Origin: Nitrospirae bacterium JdFR-86
Lineage (GTDB): Bacteria; Nitrospirota; Thermodesulfovibrionia; Thermodesulfovibrionales; JdFR-86
DNA: 64,000 bases
Reading direction: 5' to 3'
Assembly: GCA_002011815.1 (NCBI GenBank)
Contig: MTOV01000004.1
Location: forward strand, 115,514 to 179,513
Shown: piece by piece, positions 48,326 to 57,798 of the stretch
Numbering within the stretch: position 1 is the stretch's first letter
Layout of the letters: each line of letters begins with the position of its first letter
Position numbers and translations under genes: made by a program
The notes under the pieces: generated by a model
The model's input: only the letters and a program-made list of their open reading frames with translations
What the model was told of the DNA's origin: nothing
Database searches by the model: none

Positions 48326-50035
48326 ATGAAGTTCTCTAAACTAATAATAAAGAACTTCCGCTCCATAGGATCAGAAGGGTTGGAGATTAATTTTCCAAAA
48401 GATCGTAATCTCACTGCCATTGTCGGTGCTAATGCCTCAGGAAAAACAAATGTTCTCTCTGCACTTGGTATTGTATTAGGCATGTATCCTTTCAGCAGGT
48501 TTTCTCCAGAAGATACTGATTTTTTTAGCAAGAAATCTGAGACTGAGCTCCTAATAGAGCTTTATTTAGATCCCCCAATTGTTGATCATGATGTTTATCG
48601 TAAAGGATATACAATTGCAGGATTTCGCTATCGTGCAGCCCGATACAAAGTTGGAGAACGAAAGGGAACACTCCGTGATGAGCATTACTGTTTTGACGAA
48701 AATGGAAACACTATACTTAAACCACAAAGGATATTTCGAAGAAAAAGCCAGCCAGATGATGGTGTTGATAACACCCCTAAGCCTATTCTCGTCTCGGATC
48801 AAGCTTGGAAATTGGGAGACCTTTTTTATCTTGATCCCCCAACCCTCGAACGCTTTTTTGATAAAACTACAGGGTGGAGCCCACTTGGACGTTTATTTGA
48901 GATATATCGGGATGATTTTGAAGCAGACCATAACGTTTATTCTCATGATGGAAAAACAACAATGACATCTAAAGAGGCATTCGAGAAATTTTCTCGTAAT
49001 CTTGCTGGAATTCTTCGTACAACAAAGCTTTCATATATTGAAACTGGATTGTCTACTCGAATCAGAGAATATTTAGGCAATACTTCCGACCAACCATTAC
49101 GTGTAGAATTTTCTTTACCTTCTCATAAGGAACTGTTTGAACGCTGGGTTGCTCTACAAATTTCTGAGCATTCTGGACTTCCAGCACTTCCTATTGAACG
49201 TCTTGGTTCGGGTTACCGAGCTTTACTGCGCTTAGCCGTTCTTGAAACACTACTGGATATGAGAGAGGGTGAGCACACTTCCATTCTGCTGATAGAAGAG
49301 CCTGAAATGTATCTTCATGTGCACTTAAGAAGATATTTCTATCAAGTTCTGAGAAGATTAGCAGAAAGAGGTCATCAAATTATTTACACAACACATTCTC
49401 CCGAATTTATTGATCTTGCTGAGCCTCATGAAATCGTACGCCTGCATCGAAAGCCTGGTGATTCGACCATTTCAAAGCAAGTTGCAGTAAGCACAAAATT
49501 AGATTTCAGGCGAGTTAAACAAAAACTCAGAAGAATGGGAAATGAAGAAGTTGTCTTTGCTAATCATGCTATATTGACCGAAGGACAAGATGACAAAGGC
49601 ATTATTGAAGAATTGTTGGTGCGCAGAGGGGTTGACCCCGATGTCCACAGTATCTCGATTATAAATTGTGACGGGACAGGCCAGATAAAAGATTACATCC
49701 ATCTGTGTTCCGAATTAGGCGTGGATTTTTATGTTGTTCATGATAGAGACGATGACAGCAATAAAGACATTAAAAAGCGCAATGATCAGATTGCTGGGGC
49801 GGTATCAGAAGCTAATCAATCAAATCCATCCTTACATGTATATAACCCTACTCTGGAAGCTACAATGGGAACAGAGAAGAAAAAGGGAAATTTAGACCAT
49901 CTCCTTGAACTCCTCGGAGATAAAAGTTATGAAGACATCAGAACTACATTTCCAGACTTAATAAAACCGATAGAAGAGTTTGTTAAAAGTCGAGGATTGA
50001 AGATTGAAGCAAAGTTTGGGGAAAGAGATGATTGA
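48326..50035 (+). CDS. Cassette 2: OLD-family ATP-dependent nuclease (ABC-type ATPase + TOPRIM)
   Basis: KLIIKNFRSIG..AIVGANASGKTNVLSAL Walker A, ILLIEEPEMYLH Walker B, C-terminal TOPRIM ILTEGQDDKGIIEELL..VVHDRDDD. Confidence 0.8.
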   Translation: MKFSKLIIKNFRSIGSEGLEINFPKDRNLTAIVGANASGKTNVLSALGIVLGMYPFSRFSPEDTDFFSKKSETELLIELYLDPPIVDHDVYRKGYTIAGFRYRAARYKVGERKGTLRDEHYCFDENGNTILKPQRIFRRKSQPDDGVDNTPKPILVSDQAWKLGDLFYLDPPTLERFFDKTTGWSPLGRLFEIYRDDFEADHNVYSHDGKTTMTSKEAFEKFSRNLAGILRTTKLSYIETGLSTRIREYLGNTSDQPLRVEFSLPSHKELFERWVALQISEHSGLPALPIERLGSGYRALLRLAVLETLLDMREGEHTSILLIEEPEMYLHVHLRRYFYQVLRRLAERGHQIIYTTHSPEFIDLAEPHEIVRLHRKPGDSTISKQVAVSTKLDFRRVKQKLRRMGNEEVVFANHAILTEGQDDKGIIEELLVRRGVDPDVHSISIINCDGTGQIKDYIHLCSELGVDFYVVHDRDDDSNKDIKKRNDQIAGAVSEANQSNPSLHVYNPTLEATMGTEKKKGNLDHLLELLGDKSYEDIRTTFPDLIKPIEEFVKSRGLKIEAKFGERDD

Positions 50036-50042
50036 CAATAGG

Positions 50043-50155
50043 AAACTTATAGAGATTATCTTCCTAATTCAGAGCATTATTAGTGCTGAGGAGTCGAAGG
50101 AACTTGTTGCGGTAAGGTTTTTTGAGATACTGGCGGATGTGATACAGCAGTTTGG
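50043..50155 (+). repeat. Junction repeat B (methylase-5' part + helicase-tail part)
   Basis: Reads KLIEIIFLIQSIISAEESKE|LVAVRFFEILADVIQQ in one frame. The first half aligns with 54038-54091, the second with repeat A. Confidence 0.8.
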
Positions 50156-50175
50156 TATGAATACAGGAGTATAAA

Positions 50176-52323
50176 ATGAATAATATCAAAAAAGGATCTA
50201 AAACACACAACTTGCTTTATGATACTCCTCTTCAAGTGCCTGAGCAGGACCGACTTGGAGTGGCTAAATTTTCCAAAATTTTGGCTGATGCAATATTAAA
50301 AATGGACGCCGAGGAAGGATTTGTCTTTGCACTAAATGGTCCTTGGGGAAGTGGAAAAACGACCACAATCAATTTTGTTCTTCATTATCTGAAGCAGCAA
50401 ACTCATAATGAAATAGTTATAGTACGTTTTAATCCGTGGTGGTTTTCAGGGCGAGAGCAATTACTCCAGCACTTCTTTCGGCAGTTCCGGACAGTTTTAG
50501 AGAAAAATGTTACAAAAAACCTGATGAAGATAGGTAAGAAACTTGAACATCTAGCAAACATTCTTGATCCTGCTTTTCAAAAAATCGGTGTTTCGTCAAG
50601 AAGCATTGCAGCTACAATGAAAAAAGATATATTTGAAGTACGTAACTCAATAGATTCGATGCTTCAGAAACAAAGCGTCCGCATATTAGTAGTCATTGAC
50701 GATATAGACAGGCTGTCAACCCAAGAAATACGTCAGATATTCCAGCTTGTAAAAGCAGTTGCTGATTTTCCTAAAACAATATATTTCTTAGCTTTTGACC
50801 GTAATGTAGTCATCAATGCTCTTAAGGAAGTTCAAGGATTAGACGGAGAAGCTTATTTAGAGAAAATAGTTCAAGCTCAGTTTAATTTGCCCTATCCGGA
50901 TAGAACGAGCCTTCGGCGCCTTCTCTTTGAGCTTCTTGATGAGGTCATTTTAGATACTCCGGAAGACAGATGGGATAGTACTGAGTGGGGAAATCTGTAC
51001 TGGGACGGTATTGACCCGTTTATACAAACACCGCGTGATATCAAACGATTCATTAACGCCCTGAGGCCTACTTATCCAGTTGTGAAGGAAGAGGTTAATC
51101 CTGTAGATTTCATTGGCATTCAAGCCCTTCGGATATTTGTACCGGAAATATACGACTTTATAGCTACAAGTAAAGACTTACTCGCTGGTGAAAGTAATAG
51201 CCGTGACTTCTATGAGGCAAAAGATGCGTATAGAAATTTTTTTGAATCTGTCATTGAAAGACTTCCTGAAAAAAAGCGTGAGCCAGTAAAGGGCATGATG
51301 AAAAGACTGTTTCCCAAATGGTCAACCGTATTTGGTGGTGCTTCTTATGGCACAAATTGGTTAGAGAGTTGGAGGCGTGAACTACGTGTGTGCAGTCCAG
51401 ATATATTCGACCGATATTTTATGCTTACGGTTCCACCAGGAGAAATCTTTTCAGCAGAGATGCAAGCTATTCTTGAATTGGCAAGTGACCCTCAGGCTTT
51501 TTCTTCTGAGCTTGTTCGCCTCTCTAAAGAACATAGACCTGATGGTACTACCCGTCTTCGTGTATTCTTGGAACGAATGCTGGATTTTACTGAGAAGGAT
51601 ATACCGGAAGAGCATATAGAACCAATTTTGCGCGCAATTTATACAATTGGAGACCAGCTTTATATAGAAAGTGATAGGGTCAGTATGCTCGATGACGGAA
51701 ACGACATGCGGCTGCTCCGCATTACATATAGATTACTTAGAAGACTTCAAACACAAGAACAGCGGTTCGATATGCTCAGCAAGATGTATAAAGAGGGTAA
51801 GGCTCTATTTTTAATAGTGCGAGAAATGACCTTTCTGGGTATTGAACATGGAAAATATACCAACAAACAACCGGAAGAGCCTGAGGAGAAACGGACTGTA
51901 AGTGCCGAACATTTATCTCAATTGGAAACGCTTGTTTTACAGAAAATACGTGATGCTGCAAAAGAAAATACGCTCCAAAAAACTCCCGAACTTGGACGTG
52001 TGCTATACCGTTTTTCAGACCTGGGTACAGAAGAGGAAGTTAAAGAGTACGTGTCAGGTCTTATTAAGAATGATGAAGGACTGTGCGATTACCTTGCCGG
52101 ATTTCTTTGGAAAAGCCACTCTCATACATTGGGCGATCGAGTCGAACGACGTACATGGAGAATTAGTGTTGATTTTGTTCAAAAATTTATAGATGGAGAT
52201 GCGGCAAACCTATTGCCGCGTTGTCAAAAGCTTCTTAAGGATCAACCAAACTGGCTAAAGGATAGAAGAAAAATCGCTATTGAAACGTTTATACAAGAAA
52301 TCACTAATCCAGAAGTCAGATAA
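50176..52323 (+). CDS. Cassette 3, gene 1: KAP-family P-loop NTPase
   Basis: FVFALNGPWGSGKTTTINFV Walker A, ILVVIDDIDRL Walker B, and the size and layout typical of KAP NTPases. Confidence 0.75.
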   Translation: MNNIKKGSKTHNLLYDTPLQVPEQDRLGVAKFSKILADAILKMDAEEGFVFALNGPWGSGKTTTINFVLHYLKQQTHNEIVIVRFNPWWFSGREQLLQHFFRQFRTVLEKNVTKNLMKIGKKLEHLANILDPAFQKIGVSSRSIAATMKKDIFEVRNSIDSMLQKQSVRILVVIDDIDRLSTQEIRQIFQLVKAVADFPKTIYFLAFDRNVVINALKEVQGLDGEAYLEKIVQAQFNLPYPDRTSLRRLLFELLDEVILDTPEDRWDSTEWGNLYWDGIDPFIQTPRDIKRFINALRPTYPVVKEEVNPVDFIGIQALRIFVPEIYDFIATSKDLLAGESNSRDFYEAKDAYRNFFESVIERLPEKKREPVKGMMKRLFPKWSTVFGGASYGTNWLESWRRELRVCSPDIFDRYFMLTVPPGEIFSAEMQAILELASDPQAFSSELVRLSKEHRPDGTTRLRVFLERMLDFTEKDIPEEHIEPILRAIYTIGDQLYIESDRVSMLDDGNDMRLLRITYRLLRRLQTQEQRFDMLSKMYKEGKALFLIVREMTFLGIEHGKYTNKQPEEPEEKRTVSAEHLSQLETLVLQKIRDAAKENTLQKTPELGRVLYRFSDLGTEEEVKEYVSGLIKNDEGLCDYLAGFLWKSHSHTLGDRVERRTWRISVDFVQKFIDGDAANLLPRCQKLLKDQPNWLKDRRKIAIETFIQEITNPEVR

Positions 52324-52326
52324 GGA

Positions 52327-52746
52327 ATGAATATAGATGATTGCATAGATGCCGCGGAGAGAAACCTTTACGATGCTCGGAGATATCTTGAGAGCGGCGA
52401 AGCTGTCAATTGGGTGCCCGATAGTCTGTCCACCGCTCTGCTTCGGGCTATGGAGGCGTGGCTAATGGCGCATGGCCATAAATGGAATCGAGGTCAAGGA
52501 TGGGAAGGCTTACGTTCTGCTTTTATTGATGTAGCCCCGGAAAAGTTACGCTCTGAGGTTATGTACTGCTTAGGCAAGGCCACTTTTTTAGAATATGACC
52601 TTGAGGGAGGTTTTGAGCATAAAGAACCTATCCTACCGTTGAAGGAATGGAAGAAAGAAGCGTACGAATGTTTGGAAAAAATGGAGAAGGTTGTCAGGCA
52701 CCTACTTGCAGACACGAGATTGAACATATTATCTAAGGATAAGTGA
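52327..52746 (+). CDS. Cassette 3, gene 2: hypothetical 139-aa all-helical protein
   Basis: Starts 4 nt after the KAP stop. No diagnostic motif; any HEPN-like call would be a guess. Confidence 0.5.
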   Translation: MNIDDCIDAAERNLYDARRYLESGEAVNWVPDSLSTALLRAMEAWLMAHGHKWNRGQGWEGLRSAFIDVAPEKLRSEVMYCLGKATFLEYDLEGGFEHKEPILPLKEWKKEAYECLEKMEKVVRHLLADTRLNILSKDK

Positions 52747-52755
52747 TACCCGAAA

Positions 52756-52877
52756 ATGGTTGACGCAAACGCCTTATAGAAGGCTATCTTCCAATCAAGG
52801 TCATGAGTGTAGGGGCGTCGAGAGAGGTTGTCGTAGTAAGGTTTTTGAGATACCAGTGGAGGTGATACAGTGGTTTG
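52756..52877 (+). repeat. Junction repeat C (methylase start codon and 5' part + helicase-tail part)
   Basis: ATGGTTGACGCAAACGCCTTATAGAAGGCTATCTTCCAATCAAGG..GCGTCGAGAGAGGTTGTCGTAGTAAGGTTTTTGAGATACCAGTGGAGGTGATACAGTGGTTTG reads (frameshifted) M..RLIEGYLPIKVMSVGASRE|VVVVRF. Confidence 0.8.
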
Positions 52878-52881
52878 TGTA

Positions 52882-53970
52882 ATGAAGAATTCTCCAAGTG
52901 CGAATAAAGAAAGTAAAAAATACTCGCATCGGGTATTCATTTTAGGTGCGGGTTTTTCGCATCATCTGAGCTGCAAGGAGTTTCCCTTAGGCAATGAACT
53001 CTCTGAAATTATCCGCCGTTTAGAAATCCCTGAACTCGAACGCCATTATCAGGAGTGTAATCACGAACAGCCCCACCTGGAAGAAATTTTAACAAAGCTT
53101 GAGCTGGATCGTTACATTCATCAAAAGAGGAAAGATGAGATTAAAAAACTAATTTTTCTGAAGGTTCAGGAAAGGCTAACAGTAAAAAGCTTAGGTAAAA
53201 TAAATCTTGATTCTTCCAGAGAGCTTGTCAAAAATCTGTTTAGCGATAATGATGTTATCATCACGACCAACTATGATTTACTCCTCGACCATCTCTTGGA
53301 TGCCGCTGGCCTTTGGAGCCCGTTAGGCAATGGCTACGGCAATACCATAGAAGCAGATAATTTTAAAAGCGAAGAAATAAACCAAAAGCTAAAAAACATT
53401 CGACTTCTCAAAATTCATGGTTCTTTCAACTTTTTCTTAGAGCCTCTTGTATCTGGCGGCATGTCCAAATTGATTAGCGTCTTGGTCAATGGCCAGCATC
53501 CAGATTATCTGGATCGAGATGACCTATTCCAAAGCGCAAAAAATACCCACCTTAATGTCGACAAGAATGCTAAAAATCTCCGGGCGATAGTGTTGCCAAC
53601 ATATATTAAGCCTTTTGCTCAAAACCGCACAACCATGAAGATGTGGCACGAGGCAGGTGAAGCCATGGAAAACGCATCTGTTGTAAACATTATTGGTTAT
53701 AGCTTTCCCGAACCAGACCAAATGATGAGTTTTCTTATGAGTTGTCCCGATGCGAATGAATTTTTCAAGAAAGATAATCGAAAGCTGAAAATTAATATTT
53801 TGAATACCAAAAATGAGATCGATAGAATCAAAGATCATATTAAGCGGTGTCTTCGGGCCAATCCGCATGAACATATTGACTGGCGTGAGTTTGTATTGGA
53901 CAGTAATAATCCTAATCAAGCGTATGAGAATCTTGTTAAGTCTCTGAAAGGGCAATTTAATGATTCCTAA
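52882..53970 (+). CDS. Cassette 4: SIR2-like (SIR2_2 type) protein
   Basis: VFILGAGFS, VIITTNYDLLLDHLL and LKIHGSFNF, the three signature blocks of SIR2_2 proteins. ATG at 52882 preferred over GTG at 52870. Confidence 0.7.
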   Translation: MKNSPSANKESKKYSHRVFILGAGFSHHLSCKEFPLGNELSEIIRRLEIPELERHYQECNHEQPHLEEILTKLELDRYIHQKRKDEIKKLIFLKVQERLTVKSLGKINLDSSRELVKNLFSDNDVIITTNYDLLLDHLLDAAGLWSPLGNGYGNTIEADNFKSEEINQKLKNIRLLKIHGSFNFFLEPLVSGGMSKLISVLVNGQHPDYLDRDDLFQSAKNTHLNVDKNAKNLRAIVLPTYIKPFAQNRTTMKMWHEAGEAMENASVVNIIGYSFPEPDQMMSFLMSCPDANEFFKKDNRKLKINILNTKNEIDRIKDHIKRCLRANPHEHIDWREFVLDSNNPNQAYENLVKSLKGQFNDS

Positions 53971-54013
53971 TGAATGCAAACAATTGGCTAAGGTAGATTC
54001 CAAATAGTGAAGA

Positions 54014-54313
54014 ATGAAGATGAAAAATGATAAAAGACTCATAGAAGACTATCTTCCGATTAAGGCTATAAGTGCTGAAGCGTCGAGGGAGAAATCTGTA
54101 AAAAAGGGGCATATCTCTACACCTCATCTCTAGTGGGCAAGGCGGCCGCTTATGGCCTGCCGAGCTGCCGTCTATGGCGCGCTTGTGCCTGCTTCCAGAT
54201 TTGTTCCTGAGAACGGATCAGATAACAAAAAACAAAGCCTTGGAAGAGCCAATGCGGCTAAGTTCATGAGCGTCTTTGCAAATATCGCGGGACCCGTATT
54301 GCAATTTCCATAG
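54014..54313 (+). pseudogene. 5' remnant of a DUF1156-type DNA methyltransferase gene (junction half E), with in-frame TAG and truncation
   Basis: MKMKNDKRLIEDYLPIKAISAEASREKSVKKGHISTPHL*WARRPLMACRAAVYGAL. The conserved LWWARRP has TAG (54131-54133) in place of the first W. The ORF ends after 100 codons with no methylase catalytic region. Confidence 0.65.
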
Positions 54314-54409
54314 GCCCCATTCCTTTAGCTTGCCCTGTAGCTTGCTTAGGGTAGTTTATTGAGGCAACTCGTACGAGATATCTCCCGTCTGAATATGATA
54401 AAATGATCC

Positions 54410-55174
54410 ATGGCGGTTAAAAAAGAATTCAAAATTCGAAACATAAATATTACTGAAATTCATTACCATAGGAATCTACAAATAGCCAACATAGAAAAGC
54501 TTAAAACGTTATTTAATAATGTTGACCTCAACCTAGTCAAAACCTTTTATCCGCCTTTCGTTGTTGAAACACCTAAAGGTTTCTCGCTTTTGGGTAGGCA
54601 TTGGGTGCTTGCGTTAATCATCGCCAAAAATCCAAGGCTTTCCGGAAAAGCTTCCGAGGAAGCTTATAACATACCCGTAATAGTAGTAGATCCTGCTTCG
54701 GTAGAACAAATATTAGAACTTGATAGATTAGAGATAGAATTCTTCTTAAAGTTTAATACCCCAAATAAGGCTTCAAGGTCAACTCTTAATAGGTTAAAAA
54801 GTAGAAAAGCAGGACGTATATGTCCATTCTGCCACGGAGTTTTAAGACGTCCACGGGACAAGGCTGATAGGACGAAAGAAGTTGGCTATATCATTCATTG
54901 CGAAAACAATACAAAGACCAGCACGGGTAGAAAATGTGATTTCGAACTAATCCTAACAGATATTGAGTATAACTTATTCATAAACTATAAACTTCCGATA
55001 TCTAAGATATTAGTCCCCATAAGCAAAAATTGTCCTAAATGTGGAAATAGACTCTATAAAAGAATTGTCCACAAATCCGATGAGATAAGGATATATGAAC
55101 GATGCAGGAATAAGATTTCTTCAAATGGAGGATGTGACTATAATACCTTTATAAAAAATATTATAGAGAAGTGA
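54410..55174 (+). CDS. ParB-like N-terminal domain protein with two topoisomerase-type zinc ribbons
   Basis: The ParB/Srx-like stretch PPFVVETPKGFSLLGRHWVLALIIA, then CPFCHG..HCEN..CDF and CPKCGNRLYKR..RCRNK..GCDY. Confidence 0.55.
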   Translation: MAVKKEFKIRNINITEIHYHRNLQIANIEKLKTLFNNVDLNLVKTFYPPFVVETPKGFSLLGRHWVLALIIAKNPRLSGKASEEAYNIPVIVVDPASVEQILELDRLEIEFFLKFNTPNKASRSTLNRLKSRKAGRICPFCHGVLRRPRDKADRTKEVGYIIHCENNTKTSTGRKCDFELILTDIEYNLFINYKLPISKILVPISKNCPKCGNRLYKRIVHKSDEIRIYERCRNKISSNGGCDYNTFIKNIIEK

Positions 55175-57798
55175 AATCCTTTTCCATAACTAACATTATT
55201 GGAAAACTCTATAGTGTTACCCTGACGCCACAAGGTAAAGAAATATCTCTATATGAGTCTAACATAGACGAGCTTGTTAAATATATTCAAAATTTATTTT
55301 CACCCGAAAGAAACGGTCCAACAATATCAGAGAATGATATAAAAACTTGTATCTTTTTCTTCCTGCGACTGGTAAATACCCCTACTAGTCTTAGAGGGGC
55401 TCTTCTTATAAAACCGTGCTTAATATACCTGACAAAATCTGCTTGCGAAGAAGCTCGAGTATCCCAAAATGCTTCTGATGAAATTATGTCCTTTCTAATT
55501 ATGTGGTTCAAGGCATTGGAAAACTCTCCTGATGCAGCAAGTATTTATCTCAAAAAACCCGATATAAAAGAATCTCCTCTTTTTAGATTTCACATAGATG
55601 CTTACACTTATTCAAAAACTGACGACGCTACCCTACCCTCTTTTTACAGAGCTTATGCTTATATTCTTCACAAAAAGATAAGACTAAACGAAAGGCAAAA
55701 CATTGATTATGACACTCATCTTTCATACATCAGAGCTGCTCGATACTTTTTCAAGTATATGCCAGATGATATAAAGTCTTTAACGAACCACCCTCAAGTA
55801 ATACCAGAAAACTACATTGATCTATTTGCGCGGCGATTAGATATCAATGAAAAAAAGAACTACGATGGTCCTCTGTCTAGCCTCGCAATAACTTATAAGA
55901 AAAAACTAAAAGCGTTAATCATCGGCAAGACAATTAAACCACATCCACATGAAGGAGCAAGATTTACACGAAAAATCAAAGAAGGTTTTCCTCAAAATGT
56001 ACCAGCAGACGGGACTCTTACCATATTGACCCCCAAAATACACACGCCAGATATTGCTCAACGTATTTATCGCCTTGAAGCAGAAAAAGCACTGGAATAT
56101 GAAACGGATGAAGAAGTAATCAACTGTGAAAAGTTCGAAGCAGATTATGAACTGCAAATGTATGAACTACCTGAGAAAGATTTAATTACCCCCCAAAAAC
56201 CTTCTTTGAAAAAAGGATGGGAAGATTTAATAAATCTGAGAAGTTTTAACTTCTATTGGGACTCAAATTACCTAAATCTCTTTCACTATGCAGTTATGTA
56301 CCAAACAATGATTAAACTCTGGAACACATCCTCATTTGATAATGCTAACCTGACTTTCATTGAGATCCTTATCCATACTGGTATACACCCCAAAAAGTTG
56401 ATTGACTTAACAACTACCATTGAAAATACAGATAAAGAATTCATTCAACTTCAGAAAGTTGAAGAAAGGTATCATATATTAATCGAATCTATAGTCAAAT
56501 ACAGAAGGACGATTGACCATCCAGCTTGTTTTAAAACCTCCTCCACAGTTTGGGTTCCACTACCTGATAGGCTAAGCAAATTACTCTCCCACCTTCCAAT
56601 ACATCAAAGCCCATTCGTGTTTAGTTATGTTACTTCCAGAAATAGAATAAAACGGCTCTCATTACTGGATGTCGAGAATTATATAGAAAAAAATATCAAC
56701 AATGCATATCCTGAATATGAGCTAAAAATCACATTAGCAAAAATTTACAGGTCATTTTTGCCGCTTTATCATCACCGTTTTGGATTAGACCCTCTTGTTT
56801 GTACACTTATAAGCGGGGAAGATCACCATAGACTTTACAGATCACAACTGCATTATGTCTATATTGAACATAAACGACTAGCTAAAGAGTATTTGGAAAC
56901 TCATAACAAGGTAACTTCTGCTATTAAAGAAAACCTTTACAACAGCATACAATTTTCTTTTCTTGATAAAAATAGATTCTCTCAAGAGGAAATAAATAAA
57001 TTTATTACACACAATCGCGCAATAGAAAGCCTTGACAAGATTTCAGTCCCACAGAAGCACGATTTTGGTTATGGTTCACCTCTTATATGCAAAAAAGAAT
57101 ATATAATTAATCTTGTTTCGTCTTTAAGGCATGCGATAATAAATGAGACTAACCCTTTAAAAAGGCATAATTTCTATTCTATATATGTCTATTTATGCCT
57201 TCAATTTTCTACATGCTTAAGGCCTAGGAATAACCCAGACATCCTATGGGCGGATTATAATGAACACTCAAATGTGATAGCAATATGCGATAAACAAAGC
57301 GTTAAATATAATGAAGAGAGATTTCTTCCTATCACAACGACATTAAAGACGCTTCTCACACACTTACATAAAGGTTTTAGACCGCTACGATTACATCTTG
57401 CAGAATATTATTACCCACCTTTAATAAAATTTGAAACGGACAAAATCTTCTTTTTCATAGAGGAGAAAACCGGAAAGATTATTGATTTTACTCTTAAAAA
57501 ACTGAAAGAGCACCTCAAAAATATTGGTATTGACTATTCATTGCCATTGAACATGCCTCGGCATTTTTTGAGAAATTATTTATATCACTTAAACCTTTCA
57601 AATGACCTAATAGATTATTGGATGGGCCACCAACATATAAGTAAAGAATTGTTAAACAGTTCTTCCTCTGTACTTGCAGAAAATGCAATTGACACTGCTT
57701 TAACGGAAATTGACTCCTTACTCAATGAACTTGGCTTTACAGTTTTAGACTATCTTCCGAGAAATATTAAATGGAATGCGTCAAAGATAACAGATTAA
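55171..57798 (+). CDS. Large (875 aa) tyrosine-recombinase-like protein lacking an obvious nucleophilic Tyr at the canonical position
   Basis: The C-terminal ~230 aa carry CLRPRN (Arg I), KQSVKYNEERFLPI (Lys), PRHFLRNY (HxxR) and WMGHQH, but the following ISKELLNSSSSV has no Tyr. GTG start overlaps the upstream stop (GTGA). Confidence 0.6.
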   Translation: MKSFSITNIIGKLYSVTLTPQGKEISLYESNIDELVKYIQNLFSPERNGPTISENDIKTCIFFFLRLVNTPTSLRGALLIKPCLIYLTKSACEEARVSQNASDEIMSFLIMWFKALENSPDAASIYLKKPDIKESPLFRFHIDAYTYSKTDDATLPSFYRAYAYILHKKIRLNERQNIDYDTHLSYIRAARYFFKYMPDDIKSLTNHPQVIPENYIDLFARRLDINEKKNYDGPLSSLAITYKKKLKALIIGKTIKPHPHEGARFTRKIKEGFPQNVPADGTLTILTPKIHTPDIAQRIYRLEAEKALEYETDEEVINCEKFEADYELQMYELPEKDLITPQKPSLKKGWEDLINLRSFNFYWDSNYLNLFHYAVMYQTMIKLWNTSSFDNANLTFIEILIHTGIHPKKLIDLTTTIENTDKEFIQLQKVEERYHILIESIVKYRRTIDHPACFKTSSTVWVPLPDRLSKLLSHLPIHQSPFVFSYVTSRNRIKRLSLLDVENYIEKNINNAYPEYELKITLAKIYRSFLPLYHHRFGLDPLVCTLISGEDHHRLYRSQLHYVYIEHKRLAKEYLETHNKVTSAIKENLYNSIQFSFLDKNRFSQEEINKFITHNRAIESLDKISVPQKHDFGYGSPLICKKEYIINLVSSLRHAIINETNPLKRHNFYSIYVYLCLQFSTCLRPRNNPDILWADYNEHSNVIAICDKQSVKYNEERFLPITTTLKTLLTHLHKGFRPLRLHLAEYYYPPLIKFETDKIFFFIEEKTGKIIDFTLKKLKEHLKNIGIDYSLPLNMPRHFLRNYLYHLNLSNDLIDYWMGHQHISKELLNSSSSVLAENAIDTALTEIDSLLNELGFTVLDYLPRNIKWNASKITD

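Noticed and set aside
47320-52880. Conserved TTGAGA..GATACAG words in the repeat tail halves acting as a shared sigma70 promoter
   Set aside because: The spacing between the -35-like and -10-like words is only 13-15 nt, and the -10 match is poor. Conservation is better explained by common descent from the helicase 3' coding end. Promoter activity is not excluded.
47290-54091. Possibility that the junction repeats are a CRISPR array or integron attC sites
   Set aside because: Spacing is 0.9-2.7 kb and each interval contains full genes, so this is not a CRISPR array. I saw no R''-L''/L'-R' type internal inverted repeats or GTTRRRY cores, so these are not canonical attC sites.
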